Shown in pieces: positions 57,505-64,000 of a stretch of DNA of 64,000 nt. How positions within the stretch are numbered: the first letter of the stretch is position 1; every line of letters starts with the position of its first letter. This DNA comes from an uncultured Smithella sp. (GTDB taxonomy: Bacteria; Desulfobacterota; Syntrophia; Syntrophales; Smithellaceae). Location of the stretch: assembly GCA_964646755.1 (NCBI GenBank), contig CAZYIE010000011.1:4681-68680 (forward strand). The letters run 5' to 3'. A model generated the notes under the pieces. The model was given only the letters and a program-made list of their open reading frames with translations, was not told the origin of the DNA and searched no databases. A program made the translations under genes and the position numbers.

Positions 57505-58698
57505 ATGAGAAAGGGTTTGTTTTGGATACTGTTGGTGATTACGTGCATGTCCCTGCCGGTTGCTGCAATGGCGGCCGACACTCCGGGTGTGACCAAAGAC
57601 GAGGTCGTAATCGGTATGACCTGTCCCATGTCCGGACCGGCAGCCCTGTGGAGCGCTATGGCGCTCGGCAATTCAGCCTGGGCCAAACATATTAATGATC
57701 AGGGCGGCATTCACGGACGCAAAATCAAGTTTGTGGTTAAAGATGACGGGTACAACCCGAGTCGGGCACTAGCCAATCTTACGGAAATGAAGAACGACGT
57801 CCTCGCGTTCGGATGCGTGATTGGATCGGCTACGGCCAATGCCAGCAAGGATTTTCTCTTAACGAGCAAGGTGCCGGTAGTGCATGTCCACGCCAACCCC
57901 CGCATCTGGTTAGCGACACCAACCGCCGAGCGGCGGCACATTTTTATCGCCTATCCTGACTACATCGACGAGGCCGAAGCTGTTACAAACTATGCCGTCA
58001 CCAAGCTGGGGATTAAGACCATCGCCCTGTTCGGCCAGAACGACGATTGGGGAAAATCAGCCGAGATCGGCATTCAGAAAGCTATCAAGAAACTGGGCAA
58101 TAAAGGAAAATTTGCCGGCTTCATAACCTTTGAGCCGACAGACCGTGCTGTGGGTGGCCATGCCCTGAAACTCAAGGAACTGGGCGCCGATGCCGTAATT
58201 ATCTACGGACCGCCGACTCAGGCGGCACTAATCATTAAAGAAATGTCCAAGATCGGTTATAAACCAAAGATTTTCACCGCCAATCCACTGGGCGATCCCC
58301 TGATGTACAAGATAGCCGGCCCATTGTGGGAAGGTGCTTATCCCGCTGCTTCTGGTAATGTTTCGATGCCCGGGATAGAGCCACAGGCCGATAAGATCGT
58401 CGAAATTCTTCTGAAGTACGAACCGGCTTTAAAGGGGCGGGAATTTCTCGCTGTGACCGGCGCCACGACGATGATGCTGATAGCTGAAGGCTTGAAAAAA
58501 GCCGGCCCGAACCTGACGCGCGATAGTTTCGTCAAGGCGATGGAGAGCATCAAAGATTTCAAATGTGAGGGGATGGGTGCTCCCATTACCTTCTCCGCCA
58601 CTCAACACCACGGACTGAATGCTATCCGGGTCTGTGAGGCGAAAGATGGAAAGCATGTGCCGATCAGCGGGTACATGATCTTTAAACCCCTATTTTAA
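57505..58698 (+). CDS. periplasmic substrate-binding protein (type I PBP, LivK-like), cassette C
   Basis: 397 aa from ATG 57505. A signal peptide ends ..PVAAMAA. Contains INDQGGIHGRKI. Confidence 0.9.
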   Translation: MRKGLFWILLVITCMSLPVAAMAADTPGVTKDEVVIGMTCPMSGPAALWSAMALGNSAWAKHINDQGGIHGRKIKFVVKDDGYNPSRALANLTEMKNDVLAFGCVIGSATANASKDFLLTSKVPVVHVHANPRIWLATPTAERRHIFIAYPDYIDEAEAVTNYAVTKLGIKTIALFGQNDDWGKSAEIGIQKAIKKLGNKGKFAGFITFEPTDRAVGGHALKLKELGADAVIIYGPPTQAALIIKEMSKIGYKPKIFTANPLGDPLMYKIAGPLWEGAYPAASGNVSMPGIEPQADKIVEILLKYEPALKGREFLAVTGATTMMLIAEGLKKAGPNLTRDSFVKAMESIKDFKCEGMGAPITFSATQHHGLNAIRVCEAKDGKHVPISGYMIFKPLF

Positions 58699-58713
58699 GG
58701 TGATTTGAAGAAA

Positions 58714-59466
58714 ATGAGCTTATTGAAGGTAGATAAACTGACCGTTTCGTTCGGGGGTATCAAAGCCCTGACGGCAATTGATTTTGCAATGGAGGAAAAA
58801 GAAATCCTCGCCATCATCGGTCCGAACGGGGCTGGTAAGACCACCCTCTTTAACTGTGTTTCGGGAGTTTATCATCCGACCAGTGGAGAGATTCTGTTTA
58901 ACGGGGAGAGCCTTTTGGGGCTCTCCCCCGACAGAATTGCTAAGCGGGGGATCGGCAGAACATTTCAGAATATACGTCTTTTTAATAACATGTCTGTTCT
59001 CGACAACCTCATGCTGGGCCGGCACATGAAATTCCAGCGGAACATCCTCCAGGCCTTTTTACGCATCCGGAAAGAAGAACTGGTTCACCGGGAGAAGGTT
59101 GAAGAAATTATCGATTTTCTCGATCTGGCGGCCTACCGGCAAGCCCGGGTCATCGATTGTCCTTATGGTGTACAGAAACGAGTGGAACTGGGGCGCGCCA
59201 TTGTCATGGAACCAAAACTCCTGCTGCTGGATGAACCGGTGGCGGGGTTGACGGTTGAGGAAAAAAACCGCGTGGCCTATCTGGTAACGGAGATGCGGGG
59301 CCGGTTCGGCTTTGGCATCCTGCTCATCGAGCATGATTTGCGCATTGTTTCCCGCCTGGCCGATCGCCTGGTGGTTTTGAATTTTGGACAGAAATTAGCA
59401 GAAGGCAATCCTGCGGAGGTGCAGCGAAACCCCGAGGTGATTCGTGCCTATGTCGGTGAAGGATAA
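58714..59466 (+). CDS. ABC ATPase (LivG-like), cassette C
   Basis: Walker A is GPNGAGKTT and Walker B is LLLDEP. ATG 58714 is preferred. The track start is TTG at 58705. Confidence 0.92.
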   Translation: MSLLKVDKLTVSFGGIKALTAIDFAMEEKEILAIIGPNGAGKTTLFNCVSGVYHPTSGEILFNGESLLGLSPDRIAKRGIGRTFQNIRLFNNMSVLDNLMLGRHMKFQRNILQAFLRIRKEELVHREKVEEIIDFLDLAAYRQARVIDCPYGVQKRVELGRAIVMEPKLLLLDEPVAGLTVEEKNRVAYLVTEMRGRFGFGILLIEHDLRIVSRLADRLVVLNFGQKLAEGNPAEVQRNPEVIRAYVGEG

Positions 59467-59467
59467 A

Positions 59468-60241
59468 ATGAGCCTTTTAAAAATAGCCAGTATTGAAACC
59501 CTTTATTTCGATCGTATCTATGCCCTGCAAGGGATTTCCCTGGAAGTGCAGGAGAACGACATCTTCACCGTGCTGGGACCAAACGGGGCGGGGAAGACCA
59601 CGCTCTTGAAGACTATTGCGGGGCTCCTCAAAGACCAGCCCAAAAAAGGAACCATCGAGTTTTGCGGTAAAAAGATCAGCGGTCTGTCTCCGGAAAAGAT
59701 CGCTGCCATGGGCATTGTGTATGTGCCGGAGGATCGCGGACTTTTTAAGGAACTGACGGTTAAGGAAAATCTTGATCTGGGCTGTTGGGGTCGCCGGGAC
59801 AAAGACGTGAAGCACGACATAGACTTTATCTACGATCTCTTCCCTATTCTGAAGGAGCGAGGCGAACAGCAGGCGGAAACGCTTTCCGGTGGCGAGCAGC
59901 AGATGCTGGCCGTGGGTAGGGCCATCCTGCGCCGTCCGAAGCTTCTCATGCTGGACGAACCGTCTCTGGGGTTGTCCCCCATTATGGCGCGTACTGTGTA
60001 TGATACGCTCCGCAAAGTCAGTAAACGGAATATGACGATCCTCCTGGTCGAGCAGAATGCGAAAATGGCGCTGGACATCGCCAACTACGGATACATTATG
60101 GAGACAGGTCGGATTGTTCTGAAAGGGACATCTGCCGAGCTCAAAGAGAATGCCGACGTGAAGGAACTTTATCTGGGAATGGAGCAGGAAGGGGCCTCCG
60201 ACAAGGGGTACCGTTTTTATACGAAGCGGAGGAGATGGTAA
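59468..60241 (+). CDS. ABC ATPase (LivF-like) with a basic/aromatic C-terminal tail, cassette C
   Basis: ATG 59468 lies 1 nt after the livG-like TAA. Walker A is GPNGAGKTT, the signature is LSGGEQQ and Walker B is LMLDEP. A tail follows ELYLG: MEQEGASDKGYRFYTKRRRW. Confidence 0.92.
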   Translation: MSLLKIASIETLYFDRIYALQGISLEVQENDIFTVLGPNGAGKTTLLKTIAGLLKDQPKKGTIEFCGKKISGLSPEKIAAMGIVYVPEDRGLFKELTVKENLDLGCWGRRDKDVKHDIDFIYDLFPILKERGEQQAETLSGGEQQMLAVGRAILRRPKLLMLDEPSLGLSPIMARTVYDTLRKVSKRNMTILLVEQNAKMALDIANYGYIMETGRIVLKGTSAELKENADVKELYLGMEQEGASDKGYRFYTKRRRW

Positions 60242-62053
60242 ATGGAATTTCAGGCGAAGATTATCCCTCGGTCCTTTTTCGAGCAGACGGTGCGCTACCG
60301 GAACCGGGTGGCATTGCGGCACAAGCAGTACGGTATCTGGCACAAGGTTACCTGGGGGCAATACGGTGACCAGGTGCGCACGGTGGCTTCGGCAATTCTG
60401 TCTATGGGTCTTCCGAAAGGTCAGACGGTTTGTATTCTGGGAGACAACCGTCCGGAGTGGTTGATCTGCCATATGGCGGTTATGACGCTGGGCATGGCCA
60501 CCTGCGGGATCTACCCGACATCATCGTCCGACGAAATCCGTTACATCATCGACCATTCGGAAGCGAAACTGCTGTTTGTGGAGAACGAGGAACAACTGGA
60601 CAAGATCATGGACATTCTGCCGGATCTCAAACTTCAGCAGATTGTGGTGTGGGATGCGAAGGGTCTGTGGGGTTACCGGCATGACCAGGTGATCTTTTTT
60701 GAGGATTTCCTCAAGCAGGCCGAGGGGTTCCGGAAGGCTAATCCGGATGCCGTGGACAACATCGTGGAGACTATCGTGCCCGACGATACGGCGATGGTGA
60801 TCTACACATCGGGGACAACGGGGCGTCCCAAGGGAGCTCTTTTATCCCACAAGAATATTTCCACGGTCATTCAGGCCTTTTTGCAAATTATTCCCATTAA
60901 CGAGAATGACGAGGTGGTGTCCTACCTGCCGCTGGCCCACATCTTCGAGAACGCCGTATCGGTTTTCACGCCGGTGTTTACGGGGGCGACGGTGAACTTT
61001 GTTGAGAGCATGGATACTCTGGCGGCGAACCTGCGGGAGACGTCCCCGACGATTTTTGGCAGCGTGCCCCGTATCTGGGAGAAGTTCGCCTCGAACATTC
61101 ACATCAAGATGGACGACTCCACCTGGCTTAAGCGGTTTCTGTACAACCTCAGTTTCCAGGTGGGGAAGCGATACCTTACGGCCAAGTCGTCGGGGGATGC
61201 GTCTCTGCCTCTGTGGCGGGTGCTGTATTTTGCATCCTATTGGGGTGTGCTGTACCATCTGAAGCGGCAGCTGGGCTTCGAACGTATCCGTTGGGCCCTG
61301 TGCTCGGCGGCGGCAGCCTCGAAGGAGCTGTTCGAGTATTTCAACATCCTGGGCATTCCGCTGCGCGACGGGTACGGCCAGACGGAATCTACGGGGATCA
61401 TCGCCATCCAGCGCCTGGACAAGCTGCCTCGATACGGATATGTGGGCGAGGCCCTGCCGGGGTTGGAGATGAAAATCACGGAGGCCGGCGAGATCATTGC
61501 CAAAGGACCCGGGGTATTTAAAGGTTATTTCAAGAATCCCGAGCTGACGGCGGAGACGATCCGCGACGGCTGGCTGCACACGGGTGACCTGGGCGTCATT
61601 GACGACGGCTGGCTGAAGATCGTGGGGCGCATGAAGGACATCATCATTACCTCCGGCGGCAAGAACGTCACGCCGGAATTTATTGAGAATAAGCTGAAAT
61701 TCAGTACGTATATCCAGGACGCGGTTATTATCGGCGATGGGAAGCATTATCTGACGGCCCTGATTCTGATTGACGAAGACAACGTAATGAAGTTTGCCCA
61801 GGATAATAGGATTCCCTTTACGACCTACGAAGATCTGACGCAGAACAAGGAGATCAACAAGCTCATCGAAGGGGAGTTAAGCGAGGTGAACAAGACCCTG
61901 GCCCGGGTGGAGACGATCAAAAAGTTCCGTCTGATCCCGCGTCGGTTCTATGCGGAGGACGGGGACGTAACGCCGACACAGAAGGTCAAGCGGAGGAATC
62001 TGGAGAAGCAGTATAAGGATATTATCGATTCTATGTACAAGGGCGGCGAATAA
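60242..62053 (+). CDS. AMP-forming long-chain-type acyl-CoA synthetase (COG1022-like, 603 aa), cassette C
   Basis: Motifs YTSGTTGRPKGALLSH, GYGQTEST, TGDLGVIDDGWLKIVGRMKDIIITSGGKNVTP and TQKVKRR. Its ATG directly abuts the LivF-like TAA. Confidence 0.92.
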   Translation: MEFQAKIIPRSFFEQTVRYRNRVALRHKQYGIWHKVTWGQYGDQVRTVASAILSMGLPKGQTVCILGDNRPEWLICHMAVMTLGMATCGIYPTSSSDEIRYIIDHSEAKLLFVENEEQLDKIMDILPDLKLQQIVVWDAKGLWGYRHDQVIFFEDFLKQAEGFRKANPDAVDNIVETIVPDDTAMVIYTSGTTGRPKGALLSHKNISTVIQAFLQIIPINENDEVVSYLPLAHIFENAVSVFTPVFTGATVNFVESMDTLAANLRETSPTIFGSVPRIWEKFASNIHIKMDDSTWLKRFLYNLSFQVGKRYLTAKSSGDASLPLWRVLYFASYWGVLYHLKRQLGFERIRWALCSAAAASKELFEYFNILGIPLRDGYGQTESTGIIAIQRLDKLPRYGYVGEALPGLEMKITEAGEIIAKGPGVFKGYFKNPELTAETIRDGWLHTGDLGVIDDGWLKIVGRMKDIIITSGGKNVTPEFIENKLKFSTYIQDAVIIGDGKHYLTALILIDEDNVMKFAQDNRIPFTTYEDLTQNKEINKLIEGELSEVNKTLARVETIKKFRLIPRRFYAEDGDVTPTQKVKRRNLEKQYKDIIDSMYKGGE

Positions 62054-62118
62054 ACGGGATCGTGCCTCATCGTTGGAGGCCGGGCCGATACCTTTATGCA
62101 AAGTGAGAATGAATTCCT

Positions 62119-63099
62119 ATGAATTTAGTGGAAAGTTATAAAGACGATCTCAAATTAATTGAAAAACCATGGACGGGATGCTGGATTACGATGACCGTTA
62201 TTGCCCTGTTATTGCTTCCCTGGTTCGGCAGCGAGCATCTGATCTATATGGGCACCCTGATTTTTATCGTTTCCGTCGGTATCATGGGGCAGAATATTCT
62301 GATCGGGTATACGGGCCAGATTTCGTTAGGACAGGCGGGCTTTCTCGCCATCGGCGCCTTTAGCTTCGGCCATATGGCCCAAATGGGTGTACCGATAGGC
62401 TTGGCGCTTCTGGGTGCGGGATGCATGGCCGCCTTTTTCGGCGTACTGGTCGGGTTTCCCTCTCTGCGCCTGAAGGGGCCGTATCTGGCGATTGTAACTC
62501 TGGGGTTCGGCATTGCCGTGTATCAGACCTTTGCCAGTTTTGAGGTCCTCTCCGGAGGTAGGATGGGGCTTGTCATCCCGAAATTCCCCGCTCTTTTCGG
62601 CCTTACCCGGGAGGCGTCGATGTACTACTTTTCCCTTTTTCTGGGAATAGCCTTTACGCTGGCCACGTACAATCTCATTTCGTCTTATATGGGCAGGGCC
62701 TTTGTCGCCATACGGGACAACGATATTGCGGCGGAGGTGTTAGGCGTAAATCTCACCAGGTACAAACTCCTGTCCTTCGCCATCAGCTCATTTTATACAG
62801 GGATTCACGGCGCCATGTTCGCTATGTTCATGGGGTTCATTGACCCCCAGATGTTCAACTTTTCCGAATCCCTGATCATCTTCGTGGCTGTTGTCATTGG
62901 CGGTTTGGCTTCGGTGGAGGGTGCAATCTTCGGAGCTGCTTTCGTCATCCTGGTGCCGCAGGTATTCAGCGGTTACAAAGAATTCGTTCCCGTTATCTTC
63001 GGTGTGACGGTTATTTTTATCATGATCTTTGAGCCTCTTGGACTCGCGGGACGGTGGTTCAAGATGCGTCTTTACTACCGTAACTGGCCGTTCCGCTAA
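62119..63099 (+). CDS. Liv-type ABC permease (LivM-like), cassette C
   Basis: 326 aa with GYTGQISLGQAGFLAIGAF. The C-terminus is ...KMRLYYRNWPFR. Confidence 0.9.
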   Translation: MNLVESYKDDLKLIEKPWTGCWITMTVIALLLLPWFGSEHLIYMGTLIFIVSVGIMGQNILIGYTGQISLGQAGFLAIGAFSFGHMAQMGVPIGLALLGAGCMAAFFGVLVGFPSLRLKGPYLAIVTLGFGIAVYQTFASFEVLSGGRMGLVIPKFPALFGLTREASMYYFSLFLGIAFTLATYNLISSYMGRAFVAIRDNDIAAEVLGVNLTRYKLLSFAISSFYTGIHGAMFAMFMGFIDPQMFNFSESLIIFVAVVIGGLASVEGAIFGAAFVILVPQVFSGYKEFVPVIFGVTVIFIMIFEPLGLAGRWFKMRLYYRNWPFR

Positions 63100-63124
63100 C
63101 GATGTCGAGGAGGATGTACACAAC

Positions 63125-64000
63125 ATGGTAAACTTCATCCAATATCTGATTTCCGGTTTGTCAGCGGGCAGCCTTTACGCACTCGTTGCTCTGGGTGTCG
63201 TGCTGATCTACCGCTCCACGAGAATCCTGAATTTTGCCCATGGGGACATGGCGACGATGGGAACCTTTTTTGCTTTCACTCTTCTGTCCTGGCGTTTCCC
63301 CTTCTACATTGCTTTGCCGCTCAGCCTTTTGTTCGGGGCGCTGTTGGCCGTGGCCTTCTATTTCGCCATTATTGTGCCGGCTCAACGCCGTGATGCGACC
63401 ATGCTGGGGCAGATTACCCTCACGGTAGGATTAAGCATGATTTTTCAGGGGGCCATTGTCTATCTGTGGGGAACGGACTCCAAGATGTTGAGCTTTCCCC
63501 TATCGGATACAAAAACCTGGCAACTGGGGCCGATCTACCTGAATGAGCTGAGCGTTGGTACGCTGATTGTCGGTATCCTGGGCAGTGTGCTGTTGTATCT
63601 GCTCATTCAGAAGACCCGTCTGGGGCTGGCCATGAAGGCAACTTCGGAAAACCTGCCCGCAGCGCAGACACTGGGCATTCCGACGCGGACCATCCTTGCC
63701 ACTTCCTGGGGCCTTGCCGCCCTGCTGGGTGTTCTTGCCGGGCTCTTTCTGGCGCCGGCCCTGATTCTCGATCCCTTCTTCATGCTGGAGCCTTTCCTGA
63801 AGGGCTTTGCCGGGGCTATTCTGGGCGGAATGAACAGTCTTCCCGGCGCAATTATCGGGGGTCTTTTGATCGGCATTATCGAGAATCTTTGTGGCGGGTA
63901 CATTTCGCTGGAATTTAAAAATACGGTGCCCTTCATCATCATCATAATAGTTTTGTTATTCAAGCACGAAGGTCTCCTGGGGAAGGAATTCAAGGAACGG
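63125..64000 (+). CDS. Liv-type ABC permease (LivH-like), cassette C; the 3' end runs off the window
   Basis: Absent from the ORF track because there is no stop in the window. ATG 63125 reads MVNFIQYLISGLSAGSLYALVALGVVLIYRSTRILNFAHGDMA... and stays open to position 64000. Confidence 0.88.
   Translation, partial: MVNFIQYLISGLSAGSLYALVALGVVLIYRSTRILNFAHGDMATMGTFFAFTLLSWRFPFYIALPLSLLFGALLAVAFYFAIIVPAQRRDATMLGQITLTVGLSMIFQGAIVYLWGTDSKMLSFPLSDTKTWQLGPIYLNELSVGTLIVGILGSVLLYLLIQKTRLGLAMKATSENLPAAQTLGIPTRTILATSWGLAALLGVLAGLFLAPALILDPFFMLEPFLKGFAGAILGGMNSLPGAIIGGLLIGIIENLCGGYISLEFKNTVPFIIIIIVLLFKHEGLLGKEFKER

Noticed and set aside
59477-60472. Long antisense ORFs opposite well-supported genes. Examples are 59477-60472 (331 aa), 60842-61747 (301 aa), 33676-34590 (304 aa), 10741-11619 (292 aa), 52781-53639, 45549-46172, 47166-47756, 51040-51744, 43896-44528 and 12967-13593.
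   Set aside because: Each lies fully inside a gene with clear family motifs on the other strand. Their products are low-complexity and rich in Arg, Pro and His, with no recognisable domain. They are typical shadow ORFs.
1-64000. Scan for tRNA, rRNA, CRISPR arrays, integrases or transposases, toxin-antitoxin pairs and defence-system hallmarks.
   Set aside because: I found nothing. All intergenic regions are under ~480 nt. They lack cloverleaf-like or repeat-spacer structure, and every ORF over 100 aa outside shadow frames has a metabolic or housekeeping assignment.

Overview
Chromosomal window from what looks like an anaerobic, fatty- or organic-acid-degrading bacterium. The gene content resembles Syntrophales or Desulfobacterota, but that lineage call is low-confidence inference. 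I saw no rRNA, tRNA, CRISPR array, transposase, integrase or phage gene. The first ~20 kb is housekeeping. It holds an ilvB-ilvN-ilvC-ilvD operon on the minus strand with a candidate Val/Leu/Ile-rich leader peptide and attenuator. It also holds a lytic transglycosylase, an AI-2E transporter, PBP1A, tatC and tatA/B, a long-form acyl-CoA dehydrogenase and an HDAC-family amidohydrolase. A tightly overlapping gatC-gatA-gatB-mtnA-HAD-DUF116 operon follows, then an orphan flagellar-rod (FlgC)-like gene and a secreted pentapeptide-repeat protein. From ~20.7 kb to the window end (~43 kb, all on the plus strand) lies a dense acyl-CoA catabolic region. Three paralogous but gene-order-shuffled Liv-type ABC importer cassettes each carry an in-operon ~600-aa AMP-forming acyl-CoA synthetase placed directly after the ATPase pair. 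They are cassette A 20744-27964, cassette B 36696-45086 and cassette C 57505 to beyond 64000. The cassettes alternate with two beta-oxidation modules. The first is a fadE/fadN/fadA-like set at 30238-35880, preceded by a fused thiolase-like protein. The second is an atypical module at 45531-57217 with an SDR, an AbfD/HpaB-family protein, an NMO/FabK-like protein, a thiolase-like protein plus DUF35, MaoC, two ACADs, an ECH/HADH fusion and a medium-chain CoA ligase. The most interesting signal is the repeated ABC-importer/CoA-ligase unit. All three LivF-type ATPases and all three LivM-type permeases carry conserved aromatic/basic C-terminal tails. The ligase genes show start/stop overlap or abutment with the upstream ATPase gene. 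Cassette B contains an exported serine hydrolase and cassette A a small exported protein of unknown function. Together these suggest a coupled uptake and thioesterification machine for carboxylic acids. No transcription factor and no ETF genes are recognisable in the 43 kb region.
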